DNA of 64,000 nt, from positions 2,008 through 66,007 of the IMG/VR virus record IMGVR_UViG_3300033997_000553, one strand, 5' to 3'. The notes beneath the pieces were generated by a model. It saw only the letters and a program-made list of their open reading frames with translations, had not been told where the DNA came from and did no database searches. The stretch is from a virus (taxonomy: Duplodnaviria; Caudoviricetes). Position 1 is the stretch's first letter; the number at the start of each line of letters is the position of its first letter. The translations under genes were made by a program, and so were the position numbers. Shown one piece after another: positions 9,762 through 19,719 of the stretch.

Positions 9762-10563
9762 AGCCCTAAACCTGAACATCGACGATCTGGAGCGCCGGTT
9801 CGGCGTGGTCGCCAAGCAGCCAGCCAGCTGTGCGGAGCACGGCGAGTACACCGCGATCACCCACAAGCTCCGTGACGAGCCAAGCGGGTGCCCGAAATGC
9901 GCCGAGTACCGTCAGCGCGAGCAGGACCGCCTCGACCAACAGGCACAGCAGGTGAAGATCGCCGCCGAGCGCCTGGAGCGCAAGCTGGGCAGCGCGATGA
10001 TCCCGAAGCGCTTCCAGGGCAAGACCTTCGCCGACTATCGCGCCGAGCTGCCGAAGCAGCGCAGGGCCTTGGACACCTGCCGCGAGTACGCCGACAACTT
10101 CCGCCAGCACGCCGAAGCCGGGCGCTGCCTGCTGCTGCTGGGCAGGCCGGGCACCGGGAAAACCCATCTGGCCGCAGCCATCGCCGGCCAGGTGATGGTG
10201 CAGTCGGCTGCCACAGCGGTCTATCGCACCGTCGGCGGCATCCTGCAGCACATCAAGGGCAGTTACGGCAGCCACAGCGAGTACAGCGAGACGGAGGCCT
10301 ATGCCGGCCTGATCGAGCCGAGCCTGCTGATCATCGACGAGGTGGGCGCCACCAAGCCGACCGAGTTTGAGCAGGCCACCCTGTTCGCCATCGTCAATGG
10401 CCGCTACGAAGAGCTGCGCCCGACCATCGTCGTCTCCAACCTGATGCCGAAGGAGTTGCCGGCGGTGCTGGGCGAGCGCTGTGTGGATCGGCTGCGCGAG
10501 GGTGGCGGGATTGGCCTGGTGTTCGACTGGGCCTCGGCGCGCCTTGAGGTGACCCATGGCTGA
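9751..10563 (+). CDS. DnaC/IstB-like helicase loader ATPase
   Basis: Zn knuckle CAEHG...CPKC, Walker A GRPGTGKT, Walker B LLIIDEVG, RCVDRL. Confidence 0.93.
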   Translation: MRSEALNLNIDDLERRFGVVAKQPASCAEHGEYTAITHKLRDEPSGCPKCAEYRQREQDRLDQQAQQVKIAAERLERKLGSAMIPKRFQGKTFADYRAELPKQRRALDTCREYADNFRQHAEAGRCLLLLGRPGTGKTHLAAAIAGQVMVQSAATAVYRTVGGILQHIKGSYGSHSEYSETEAYAGLIEPSLLIIDEVGATKPTEFEQATLFAIVNGRYEELRPTIVVSNLMPKELPAVLGERCVDRLREGGGIGLVFDWASARLEVTHG

Positions 10564-10774
10564 TGATGCTGACGTAACCCAAGACCGTATTGAAATCGAA
10601 CTGGAGCGCGCGCTGTCGACCACCCCTCGCTACGCCGGCATCAGTGCCGACGACTGCGAGTCGTGCGGCGAGGAGATCCCGGTGGCGCGGCAGATTGCCG
10701 TCCCGGGCGTGCAGCACTGCGTCGTGTGCGCGGGCCGGATCGAGCTGAGCCGGGGAGGTGTGCGCCGTGGCTGA
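10556..10774 (+). CDS. TraR/DksA C4 zinc-finger protein
   Basis: MADDAD N-terminus; CESCGEEIPVARQIAVPGVQHCVVC. Confidence 0.92.
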   Translation: MADDADVTQDRIEIELERALSTTPRYAGISADDCESCGEEIPVARQIAVPGVQHCVVCAGRIELSRGGVRRG

Positions 10775-11354
10775 GCTCGCCTTGATCCGCACCGCACACG
10801 GCCTGGTGCCGGCAACCGAGGCCGATCGTGAGCTGGTACAGGGGTGGAAGGCCGGTCAGGTCGTCCATGGCAAGTTCACCAAGATGCGCAACGCTCGGTT
10901 CCACGGCAAGTTCTTCGCCATGCTGGACCTGGCCTGGGAGTACTGGGAGCCGAAAGGTGGCCTGGTGCCGCGCCAGGAAATGCGCGGCATCCAGGGGCTG
11001 GCCAAGTATTTCGAGGATCTGAACCAGCGCCCGGGTCAGCTGCAGGCCGCCGTGCAGGCCTACATCGGCAAGCTGGAGGCCGATCGCTCCGAGCGTTTCC
11101 CGGCGGTGGAGAAGAGCCGCGAGGCCTTCCGCGAGTGGGTGACCATCGAGGCCGGGCATTACGACCTGGTGCAGACCCCGGAAGGCGTGAAGAGGAAAGC
11201 CAAGTCGATCAGCTGGGCCAGCATGGACGACCTCGCTTTCGAGCCGCTGTACCGCGACGTGTTCAACGCCTGCTGGCGCTTGGTGCTGTCTGCGCACTTC
11301 GGCAGCGAGGCTGACGCCATGGCCGCGGCCGACATGATGGGGAGCTTTGCTTGA
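10767..11354 (+). CDS. DUF1367-family protein
   Basis: RNARFHGKFFAML and KSISWASMDDLAFEPLY motifs. Confidence 0.85.
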   Translation: MAELALIRTAHGLVPATEADRELVQGWKAGQVVHGKFTKMRNARFHGKFFAMLDLAWEYWEPKGGLVPRQEMRGIQGLAKYFEDLNQRPGQLQAAVQAYIGKLEADRSERFPAVEKSREAFREWVTIEAGHYDLVQTPEGVKRKAKSISWASMDDLAFEPLYRDVFNACWRLVLSAHFGSEADAMAAADMMGSFA

Positions 11355-11932
11355 TGCTCTGTGCGAAGCCCCTCAAGCCCAAGAAGTGCCGCAACGCAGC
11401 CTGCGGCACCTCGTTCGTGCCGTCGCGCAGCTTCCAGAGCTGGTGCAGCCCTGACTGCGCCCTGGTGATCGCTCGCCAGAAGCAGAGCCGTGAGCGCAAG
11501 GCACTCGACAAGATAGAGCGCAAGGCCATCCGGGTGGCGAAGGAGCGGGTCAAGTCTCGCGCCGAGCACATGAAGGAAGCCCAGGCCGCCTTCAATGCCT
11601 TCATCCGCGAGCGTGACCGCGATCTGCCGTGCATAAGCTGCGGCCGTCATCACCAGGGCCAGTGGCATGCCGGGCACTACCGCACGGTCGGCGCCAACCC
11701 TGAACTGCGCTTCGAGCTGCTGAACGTCCACAAGCAGTGCGCCCCGTGCAACAACCACAAGTCCGGCGACATCGTGAACTACCGCATCAACCTGGTGGGC
11801 CGGATCGGTGCCGACCAGGTGGCATGGCTGGAAGGTCCGCATGAGCCGCAGCGTTACACCATCGACGAACTGAAGGGCATCAAGGCCAAGTACCGGGCCC
11901 TGGTGCGTGAAATGAAAAGGGGGCTCGCGTGA
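11354..11932 (+). CDS. ninG: NinG/Rap recombination endonuclease
   Basis: AQAAFNAFIRERD..PCISCG, WHAGHYRTVGA, NVHKQCAPCN. Confidence 0.93.
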   Translation: MLCAKPLKPKKCRNAACGTSFVPSRSFQSWCSPDCALVIARQKQSRERKALDKIERKAIRVAKERVKSRAEHMKEAQAAFNAFIRERDRDLPCISCGRHHQGQWHAGHYRTVGANPELRFELLNVHKQCAPCNNHKSGDIVNYRINLVGRIGADQVAWLEGPHEPQRYTIDELKGIKAKYRALVREMKRGLA

Positions 11933-12026
11933 AGCGGGACGACAGGGTGCATTTCCAGCAGTGGCTGGCCGAGCAGCGGCAGCTGCTACGTGATGCTGGG
12001 TTCATTCGAGACGGGGGGAGATTACA

Positions 12027-12509
12027 GTGACCGAGAAGAAGTCATCGACGCAGATTGTGCTGGATGCCGTGCAGGATCTGCACAACCAAGAGCAGGTGGT
12101 CACCCGGGAGGCCCTGCAGGAGCTGACCAAGCTGAAGCTGACCATCATCGACGACCGCCTCAAGCACCTGGCGGACGAGGGGCTGGTTCACCGCATGCAG
12201 CGCGGGGTGTTCGTCCCGGTCGATCAGCACCCGCCGGCGCGCCAGATCAGCCACACCGAGTTGCCCGACGGCACCGTGGTGCTCGATGTGGGGGAGGAGG
12301 TGATGCACCTGACCCCGCGGGAGGCTCGCACTCTGGCCACGATGCTGGGCGCTCGCGCCATCCAGGCGTCACAGATCGAGCTGGGCAACCAGGCCGTCGT
12401 AATGAATGCCGAGCTGGCATTGCGCGTGCGGCAGCTGGAGCGTCAGGTAAAGGCGTTCGTGGCAGAGCGGGGTGCGCCGGAGTCGCCGCAGCTGGCTCTG
12501 ATTGGGTAA
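12027..12509 (+). CDS. wHTH protein in the Q position; candidate late-gene regulator
   Basis: VTREALQELTKL...IDDRLKHLADEGLVHR wHTH; last gene before the first late motif. Confidence 0.7.
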   Translation: MTEKKSSTQIVLDAVQDLHNQEQVVTREALQELTKLKLTIIDDRLKHLADEGLVHRMQRGVFVPVDQHPPARQISHTELPDGTVVLDVGEEVMHLTPREARTLATMLGARAIQASQIELGNQAVVMNAELALRVRQLERQVKAFVAERGAPESPQLALIG

Positions 12510-12514
12510 GCCTG

Positions 12515-12557
12515 ACCCCTTGTAGGGTTTGAGCCAGCAGTAGCGCCACGCCACTCT
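12515..12557 (+). promoter_or_regulatory. Late-promoter motif copy 1
   Basis: ACCCCTTGTAGGGTT-22 nt-CACTCT. Confidence 0.7.
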
Positions 12558-12597
12558 CGGGTTGCCAATCACCCCAACAACCCGAGAGAGGCGACAC

Positions 12598-12897
12598 ATG
12601 CTCATTAAACGAATCTTCCTGGGCCTGGCCCTGACTCTGTTGGCGCACTGCGGTGTGGCAACCGCCGGCGACGCTGTGCAGGATCTGCAGCTGGATGCTG
12701 CCTACATGGTGCAGAGTCAGGCTGGCGACTACGCCGCCGCGCTGGCCGGCGCCGAGGATACCGCGGCTGTCACCCAGGCCCAGGAATCCCCTCGCACCAC
12801 CACGCGATTGCGAAGTGACATGCGAGTGGCCAGTGCGGGCCTGGTGTTTGATCGGGCTGAGCCGGTACGCAGTATCCAGCGCCTGGTACCGTGTTGA
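12598..12897 (+). CDS. Small secreted protein
   Basis: Signal peptide MLIKRIFLGLALTLLAHCGVATA; GAGG RBS; terminator downstream. Confidence 0.65.
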   Translation: MLIKRIFLGLALTLLAHCGVATAGDAVQDLQLDAAYMVQSQAGDYAAALAGAEDTAAVTQAQESPRTTTRLRSDMRVASAGLVFDRAEPVRSIQRLVPC

Positions 12898-12914
12898 TCG
12901 CCGACCTGTAGGAA

Positions 12915-12939
12915 GAGCCCGCCGAGTGCGGGCTTTTTC
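12915..12939 (+). terminator. Rho-independent terminator
   Basis: AGCCCGC-loop-GCGGGCTTTTT. Confidence 0.8.
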
Positions 12940-12952
12940 ATGCCAGGCGTAA

Positions 12953-12995
12953 ACCCCCTGTAGGGTTCGACCCTATCCGCTATGCCGGGAACACT
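12953..12995 (+). promoter_or_regulatory. Late-promoter motif copy 2 (terminase operon)
   Basis: ACCCCCTGTAGGGTT-22 nt-AACACT. Confidence 0.75.
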
Positions 12996-13002
12996 CCCGG
13001 CC

Positions 13003-13596
13003 ATGACAGCAGACACCAAGGGCGCAAAGCCCGTATCCAAGCCACGCGCTAAGCAGACAGCCAAAGGGAGGGGCGTCGGCGCGAAGTCGCCTGCCCGCAA
13101 GCCTGGCCGCCCGACTGATTACACCGAGAAGCTTGTGACGGCGATCTGTACGGGTATCGCTGAAGGCATGAGCCTGCGAAAGGTGTGCGAGCTGGACGGT
13201 ATGCCGTCGATTTCCACTGTGCTGCGCTGGCTTGCTGACGATGCGCGGCAAGAGTTTCGAGACCAATACGCGCGCGCGCGCGAGGCTCAGGCCGATTTCC
13301 TGGCCGAGGAGATCCTGTCCATCGCTGACGAGCAGTGCACGATGGTTCGGGCCGACAAGCACGGGTCGCGCGATGACGACGGCGATGGCGGCACGGAAGT
13401 GGTGTTTGATTCCACTGCAGTGGCTCGCAACCGTCTGCGTGTGGATGCCCGTAAGTGGCTGGCCAGCAAGATGGCGCCGAAGAAGTACGGCGACAAGATC
13501 GAGGCGACGCATACCGGCCCGAATGGCGGCCCTATCCAGTCGCGCATCGCTGTGGAGTTCGTCAGGCCGCGGCCTGTGAGTGAGGGCGACGAATGA
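13003..13596 (+). CDS. terS: Terminase small subunit (Sf6 gp1-like)
   Basis: GRPTDYT...ICTGIAEGMSLRKVC...MPSISTVLRWL; RLRVDARKWLASKMAPKKYG. Confidence 0.92.
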   Translation: MTADTKGAKPVSKPRAKQTAKGRGVGAKSPARKPGRPTDYTEKLVTAICTGIAEGMSLRKVCELDGMPSISTVLRWLADDARQEFRDQYARAREAQADFLAEEILSIADEQCTMVRADKHGSRDDDGDGGTEVVFDSTAVARNRLRVDARKWLASKMAPKKYGDKIEATHTGPNGGPIQSRIAVEFVRPRPVSEGDE

Positions 13597-14873
13597 CTGC
13601 CATGGAGCCGCCATTCGCCAGGCTGCAGCTGCCTGAGAAGCTGGCGCCGCTGTTCGAGCCGCGCCGGTACAAGGTGATGCACGGCGGTCGCGGCGGCGGC
13701 AAGTCATGGTCCGTGGCCGGCGTGCTGCTGACGATGGCGGCCGACCGGCCGTTGCGCATCCTGTGTGCGCGAGAAGTGCAGAAATCCATGCGCGACTCGG
13801 TTCACCGGCTGTTGAAGGACCAGATCGTCAAGCTGGGCATGGAATCGTTTTTCCAGGTGCTCGACACTGAGATCCGCGGCGCCAATGGCTCGCTGATCCT
13901 GTTCGCCGGCCTGCAATCGCACACCGTCGACTCCATCAAGTCGTTCGAGGGCGTCGATATCGTGTGGGTCGAAGAGGCCCACGGCGTCAGCAAGAAGTCC
14001 TGGGACGTGCTGATTCCGACCATCCGCAAAGAGGGCAGCGAAATCTGGCTGACCCTCAACCCGGACATGGATACCGACGACACCTACGTGCGCTTCATCG
14101 CCAGCCCCAGCGACGACACCTGGTGCTGCGAGATCAACTGGCGCGATAACCCGTGGTTCCCCGAAGTGCTCAACCAGGAGCGACTGAAGGCCAAGCGCAG
14201 CCAGTCGCAGGAGGATTACGAGCATGTCTGGGAAGGCAAGCCGCGCACCGTCGCCGAGGGCGCGATATACCGGCATGAGATCGAGGCGCTGTTTGCCGAT
14301 GGGCGTGTTTGCCCGGTGCCCTACGATCCCTCGCTGCCCGTGCACACGATCTGGGACTTGGGCTGGAACGATGCGATGACCATTGGCCTGGTCCAGCGCG
14401 GCCCAATGGACATACGGATCATCGGCTACATCGAGGACAGCCACCGCACGCTCGACTGGTACGTCGCCCAGCTGGAAAAGCTGCCGTATCGCTGGGGCAC
14501 CGACTACCTGCCGCACGACGGCCGAACGCGCAACTTCCAGACCGGCAAGTCGACCCAGGAGCAGCTGCAGGCTATGGGCCGGCGCAGTGTCGTGTGCCTG
14601 GCGCAGACCAGCGTAGAGGAAGGCATCAAGGCCGCCCGCATGATGTTCCCGCGCTGCTACTTCGACAAAACCAGGACGGCCCGCTTGCTGGAGTGCCTGA
14701 AGCGCTATCGCCGCGACATTCACACCAAGACCGGCGAGCCAATGGCCCCGCTGCACGACGAGTTCTCACACGGCGCCGACATGTTCCGCTACATCGGCCA
14801 GGCCGTTGAGAGCATGCCGACGCACTTCGAAACCGCCTACGAGGAGGCGCCGGCACCCGACTGGCGCTGCTGA
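13593..14873 (+). CDS. terL: Terminase large subunit (PBSX/Terminase_3 type)
   Basis: GGRGGGKS Walker A, WVEEA Walker B, WDLG nuclease, SHGADMFRY. Confidence 0.95.
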   Translation: MTAMEPPFARLQLPEKLAPLFEPRRYKVMHGGRGGGKSWSVAGVLLTMAADRPLRILCAREVQKSMRDSVHRLLKDQIVKLGMESFFQVLDTEIRGANGSLILFAGLQSHTVDSIKSFEGVDIVWVEEAHGVSKKSWDVLIPTIRKEGSEIWLTLNPDMDTDDTYVRFIASPSDDTWCCEINWRDNPWFPEVLNQERLKAKRSQSQEDYEHVWEGKPRTVAEGAIYRHEIEALFADGRVCPVPYDPSLPVHTIWDLGWNDAMTIGLVQRGPMDIRIIGYIEDSHRTLDWYVAQLEKLPYRWGTDYLPHDGRTRNFQTGKSTQEQLQAMGRRSVVCLAQTSVEEGIKAARMMFPRCYFDKTRTARLLECLKRYRRDIHTKTGEPMAPLHDEFSHGADMFRYIGQAVESMPTHFETAYEEAPAPDWRC

Positions 14874-14884
14874 GGACACACACT

Positions 14885-17134
14885 ATGGACGCCACAGCGA
14901 TCAAACGCCCAGAGCAGCCGGCCGACGACCTGGCTCTGAGCCTGTACGAGTACACCGAGTTCCTTGACGAGATCGAGGAGCAGCCGCGCTGGCGCAGCAC
15001 TGCCGACAAGGAAATGGACTACGCCGACGGCAACCAGCTCGACTCCGACCTGCTGCAGCGGCAGCGTGCACTGGGCATTCCGCCGGCGGTCGAGGATCTG
15101 ATCGGGCCGGCGCTGCTGTCGATCCAGGGCTATGAGGCCACCATTCGCTCGGACTGGCGTGTCACCCCGGACGGCGGCACCGGTGGCCAGGACGTGGCCG
15201 ACGCCCTGAATTACAAGCTCAACCAGGCCGAGCGCGAGAGCAAGGCCGACCGCGCGTGCTCCGATGCCTTCCGCCCGCAGATTGGTGTCGGCCTGGGCTG
15301 GGTCGAGGTGAAGCGCGAGAGCGACCCCTTCAAGTACCCGTATCGCTGCGTCGCCGTGCACCGCAACGAGATCCACTGGGATACCGCGGCGCAAGAGCCG
15401 GACCTGAGCGATGCGCGCTTTCTGCGCCGCCAGCGCTGGCTGTCGCCGAAGCGCATTGCGCTGGTGTTCAAGCAGCACAAGGAGCTGATCGAGCTGGTCG
15501 GCAGGAATGGCGCGTCTTGGTGGGCGGAGGAGGCGATCGAGATTGCTGATGGTGGCTCGTCCACCGGCCTGCACAACGCCTGGGGCGATGCGCGCGCCTG
15601 GACCGTGAGCGAGGATCGCTGGTACAACCCGACCAACAAGCAGGCCTGCCTGGTAGAGCTCTGGTACCGGCGCTGGGTCGAGGTGGGCGTGATCCGCACG
15701 CCGGATGGGCGCGTGGTCGAGTACGACGAGAACAACATGGCGCATAACGTGGCGCTGGCCAGCGGCCGGGCGCAGTTCTCCCATGCCATCGTCGCCCGCG
15801 TGCGCCGTAGTTACTGGCTGGGCCCGCACTGCCTGCACGATGGGCCGAGCCCCTACAGCCATCGGCATTTCCCCTATGTCCCGTTCTGGGGCTTCAAGGA
15901 AGACAGCACCGGCGTGCCCTACGGCTATGTCCGCGGCATGATCTTCCCGCAGGACAGCCTGAACAGTGGCATCAGCAAGCTGCGCTGGGGCATGTCAGCT
16001 GTCCGCACCGAGCGCACCAAGGGTGCTGTCGATATGACCGACTCGCAATTCCGGCAGCAGGTGGCGCGGGTCGACGCCGATATCATCCTCAACGCCGAGC
16101 ACATGGCGAAGCAAGGCGCGCGGTTCGAGGTGAAGCGCGACTTCACCCTCAACAACCAGCAGTTCCAGCTGATCAACGACAGCCGCAGCGCCATCCAGCG
16201 CGTCAGCGCAGTGACCTCGGGCTTCATGGGCAAGGAAGGCACCGCCCGCAGCGGCCTACAGGAGCAGACCCAGGTCGAGCAGAGTAACCAGAGCCTGGCC
16301 CGGATCATGGACAACTTCCGCGCCGGCCGGTCGATGGTCGGCGAGCTGTTGCTGGCCTTGATCGTCGAGGACATGGGCACCGACGAGCAGACCATCATCA
16401 TCGAGGGCGATGCTGTGCGCGAGGATCGCACGGTGGTGATCAACAAGCCCGAGACCGACCCGGACACCAGGTTCAGCTACCTGAGCAACGACCTGCAGCG
16501 CACCCGCCTGAAAGTCGCCCTGGAAGATGTGCCGAGCACCAAGAGCTACCGCGGCCAGCAGCTCAATGCGCTGTCCGAGGCGGTCAAGTCGCTGCCGCCG
16601 CAGTACCAGGCCGCCGTGCTGCCGTTCCTGGTCAGCCTCATGGATGTGCCGTTCAAGCGCGATGTGGTCAAGGCCATCCGCGCCGCATCGGCACAGGAAA
16701 GCCCGGAGCAGATCGAGAAACGCATCGAGCAGGCGGTCAAGGACGCCCTGGCAAAGTCCGACATGGAGGTCAGGCTGCGCGAGGTGGCGATCAAGGAGAA
16801 GAAGTCCGAGGGCGAGATCCGCAAGCTGCTGGCCGAGGCCGTGCAAATCGGCGTGCAGACCGCGTATTCCGCCATGCAGGGCGGCGTGCAGGTCGCCACC
16901 ATGCCGCAGATTGCGCCGATCGCCGACGCCATCATGCAGAGTGCCGGGTACCAGTTGCCCAACCCGGGCGGTGACGATCCGAACTTTCCGCAGCCTGCCG
17001 CCATGCCCGCGGCGCCTGCTCCAGCCATGGACGTGCAGCAGAACACCAGCCCGGCATACCCGCCGGTTCCGCAGCAGCCAGGCGCCGGCATGCAAGGCAT
17101 CGAGACACCGGCCTCCGGCGACAACCTCGCCTGA
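14885..17134 (+). CDS. Portal protein
   Basis: 749 aa directly after terL; DYADGNQ N-terminal motif, HFPYVPFWG...PYGYVRGM..PQD as in P22-like portals. Confidence 0.88.
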   Translation: MDATAIKRPEQPADDLALSLYEYTEFLDEIEEQPRWRSTADKEMDYADGNQLDSDLLQRQRALGIPPAVEDLIGPALLSIQGYEATIRSDWRVTPDGGTGGQDVADALNYKLNQAERESKADRACSDAFRPQIGVGLGWVEVKRESDPFKYPYRCVAVHRNEIHWDTAAQEPDLSDARFLRRQRWLSPKRIALVFKQHKELIELVGRNGASWWAEEAIEIADGGSSTGLHNAWGDARAWTVSEDRWYNPTNKQACLVELWYRRWVEVGVIRTPDGRVVEYDENNMAHNVALASGRAQFSHAIVARVRRSYWLGPHCLHDGPSPYSHRHFPYVPFWGFKEDSTGVPYGYVRGMIFPQDSLNSGISKLRWGMSAVRTERTKGAVDMTDSQFRQQVARVDADIILNAEHMAKQGARFEVKRDFTLNNQQFQLINDSRSAIQRVSAVTSGFMGKEGTARSGLQEQTQVEQSNQSLARIMDNFRAGRSMVGELLLALIVEDMGTDEQTIIIEGDAVREDRTVVINKPETDPDTRFSYLSNDLQRTRLKVALEDVPSTKSYRGQQLNALSEAVKSLPPQYQAAVLPFLVSLMDVPFKRDVVKAIRAASAQESPEQIEKRIEQAVKDALAKSDMEVRLREVAIKEKKSEGEIRKLLAEAVQIGVQTAYSAMQGGVQVATMPQIAPIADAIMQSAGYQLPNPGGDDPNFPQPAAMPAAPAPAMDVQQNTSPAYPPVPQQPGAGMQGIETPASGDNLA

Positions 17135-17167
17135 CTCCAGGCAGTCCACCAGAACCCTGCAGGGCTG

Positions 17168-17210
17168 ACCCCCTGTAGGGTTTTTCGTTTTCAGCCCCCG
17201 TATCGACACT
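17168..17210 (+). promoter_or_regulatory. Late-promoter motif copy 3 (head operon)
   Basis: ACCCCCTGTAGGGTT-22 nt-GACACT. Confidence 0.75.
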
Positions 17211-17305
17211 CGCCATCAAGTTGTGCAGCGCACAGCGAAGAGCGGGCGGCAACGCCTGCACCTGCTGAACCCCTTGCGGCTACGGCGATATGTGGCGGGA
17301 CAGGC

Positions 17306-18343
17306 ATGAGTAAAGAAAACGAGTTCATCGAATCACTCGACGGCGAGCTGAGTCATGAGCAGGTCGCGCAGCTCTTGTGGCTGGGCGAAGAGGGCGATAC
17401 CGACACCGAGTTGTCGGAAGAAGGCGGCGCGCCCGGCGCAGCCACTGCAGATGGCCAGGCTGAGCAAGGGAAGCCGGACGCCGCACAGGACAGTGCACCG
17501 AACGAAGAGGCCCTGGATGCGGAGAACACCGTAATTCTGGCCAGGGACAGGAAGCACACCATCGACTACGGGGTGCTGCTGAAGTCACGCGAAGGCGAGA
17601 AGCACTGGAAAGGCCAGGCCGCCGAGCTGCAGACCAAGTACGAGACCGCAATGCAGGAGCTGGAAGCTCTGCGTGCACAGCCTCAGAAAACCGCCGCCGC
17701 TGCGATAGCGCCGGCCGAGGCTGCCGCGATTGATGCGGCCTTGGAGGCAGGTCTGGACCCTGACGAACTGCTGGGGGATTTCTCCGCAGAAGCCATCGTC
17801 AAGGGCATGGCTCGCGTCGCTGACCAACGCGTCGCGTCGGCCATGGCGCAGATGGATAGCAAGCTCAAGCAGGCGCTGGAGCCATTCCAGCAAAGCCAGC
17901 AGCTGAGCGCGCAGGAAGCGCACGCCAAGGCCATCTATGACGCGCACCCCGACCTCGACTCCCTGGTGGAAAGCCAGGAGCTGAAGTCGTGGATCGAGCA
18001 GCAGGTCGCGGCACAGCCGAGCTTCCAGCAGGCGGCAGTTCGCGCCGGCTTCGAGCAGGTGCTGGAGCGCGGCACCACTGCGCAGGTCATCGAGCTTTTC
18101 AATTCGTTCAAGGGTGAAAGCGGTCGGACTCAACCCGCAACAACCGATGTGAAAGCCGCAGCCAGGGCTGTCGCTGCGAGGTCGCAGGCGCAGCCGCCTG
18201 TAAGCCTCTCCGACATTCCCGGCGGGCGCGTAGGGGCTGCATCCAGCGAAGAGGCAATGGCCGGCATGAGCGGTGCCGAGCTGATCGCCGCGATGGATGA
18301 CTGGCCGCAAGAAAAGATCGATCGGTACATGAACAGCCTTTAA
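17306..18343 (+). CDS. Putative capsid scaffolding protein
   Basis: Acidic, helical, between portal and capsid genes. Confidence 0.75.
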   Translation: MSKENEFIESLDGELSHEQVAQLLWLGEEGDTDTELSEEGGAPGAATADGQAEQGKPDAAQDSAPNEEALDAENTVILARDRKHTIDYGVLLKSREGEKHWKGQAAELQTKYETAMQELEALRAQPQKTAAAAIAPAEAAAIDAALEAGLDPDELLGDFSAEAIVKGMARVADQRVASAMAQMDSKLKQALEPFQQSQQLSAQEAHAKAIYDAHPDLDSLVESQELKSWIEQQVAAQPSFQQAAVRAGFEQVLERGTTAQVIELFNSFKGESGRTQPATTDVKAAARAVAARSQAQPPVSLSDIPGGRVGAASSEEAMAGMSGAELIAAMDDWPQEKIDRYMNSL

Positions 18344-18370
18344 GGCGAATCGATACAGCAGGAGGTCACG

Positions 18371-19657
18371 ATGACTACCCAGAACTCCCATGCGCCGTAT
18401 GGCGACAAGAAAAACATGGTCCAGCAGGCCGCCGGCCTGTTTGCCACCCACATGAAGCGCAACAACAAGCTGTCCCGCCTGATCGGCAAGATGCCGAAGG
18501 GCGAGGCGTCCGCTTCGGCCACCATCAAGAACCAGACCAGTTCGGACATGCCCATCGTCCGCTGTATGGACCTGGGCAAGGGCACCGGCGACGAGGTGGT
18601 GTTCAACCTGGTCAACCCGTTCGGCGCCATCCCGATCATGGGTAGCGAAGTCGCCGAGGGCCGCGGCACCGGCATGAGCCTGTCCGAAGACCGTCTCCGC
18701 GTGAACCAGGCGCGTATCCCGGTCAAGCTCAGCGACAACATGACCCAGATCCGCTCGCCCGTGGACTTCCGCAAGCTGGGCCGCCCGGTCGCTCAGGCCA
18801 CCATGGATCGCTACGTTGACCAGTCGCTGATCGTCCATGCCGCCGGTGCGCGCGGTAACGTGATGAACCAGACCTGGAGCGTGCCGCTGGAAAGCGATCC
18901 GCGCTTCAATGCGGTCATGGTCAACCGCGTGAAGGCGCCGACCAAGAACCGTCACTTCATCGTCGATGGTGGCGGCGTGTCGGGCTTCAAGGTCAACGCT
19001 GGCGAGATGGATATCAGCAGCACCGACGTGCTCAGCATGAGCGTGGTCGACTCGCTGCGCGCGGTCATGGACGAAATGGTCCTGCCTCCACCGATCGTCA
19101 AGTTCGAGGGCGACGAGGCCGCCGAGGACGACCCGCTGCGCGTGCTGCTGGTCACCCCGCTGCAGTACAACCAGTTCGCCGCCGACCCGGCGTTCCGCTC
19201 GATGCAGGCCTCTGCGCTGGCTCGCGCCGGCAACGCCAAGCAACACCCGATCTTCAAGGGTGAGGTGGGCCTGTGGAACAACTTCCTCATCATCAAGCAG
19301 AACATCCCGATCCGCTTCTTCTCCGGCGACACCGTGAAGTACTGCAACGAATACACCAGCGAGACCGAGAGCGGCGTGGTGGTCCCGGCCTCCTTCACCA
19401 ATCAGTTCGCGGTGGACCGCGCGATCCTGCTCGGTGGCCAGGCCGTGGGCGAAGCGCTGGCGCGCTCCGACAAGTCGGGCATCCCGTACTTCTGGTCGGA
19501 GGAGGAAATGGATCACGGCGACAAGGTGGAGCTGCTGATCGGCTGCATCCGCGGCGTCTCCAAGATCCGCTTCTTGGTGAATACCGGCGAGCGCGATGAG
19601 TTCACCGACTACGGCGCCGCGGTGCTGGACACCGTAGTCCCGCTGAACGCCGCCTAA
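18371..19657 (+). CDS. Major capsid protein (N4-gp56/DUF4043 type)
   Basis: DLGKGTGDEVVF, HPIFKGEVGLWN, RAILLGGQA motifs; position; strong codon bias. Confidence 0.88.
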   Translation: MTTQNSHAPYGDKKNMVQQAAGLFATHMKRNNKLSRLIGKMPKGEASASATIKNQTSSDMPIVRCMDLGKGTGDEVVFNLVNPFGAIPIMGSEVAEGRGTGMSLSEDRLRVNQARIPVKLSDNMTQIRSPVDFRKLGRPVAQATMDRYVDQSLIVHAAGARGNVMNQTWSVPLESDPRFNAVMVNRVKAPTKNRHFIVDGGGVSGFKVNAGEMDISSTDVLSMSVVDSLRAVMDEMVLPPPIVKFEGDEAAEDDPLRVLLVTPLQYNQFAADPAFRSMQASALARAGNAKQHPIFKGEVGLWNNFLIIKQNIPIRFFSGDTVKYCNEYTSETESGVVVPASFTNQFAVDRAILLGGQAVGEALARSDKSGIPYFWSEEEMDHGDKVELLIGCIRGVSKIRFLVNTGERDEFTDYGAAVLDTVVPLNAA

Positions 19658-19719
19658 CCACCCGGTACATGGGCAGCGCTGCTGCCCATTTCTGACTCGC
19701 AATTCGATAGGAGGCCACC

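Noticed and set aside
17585-19702. 705-aa minus-strand ORF
   Set aside because: Antisense shadow of the scaffold and capsid genes, expected in high-GC3 DNA
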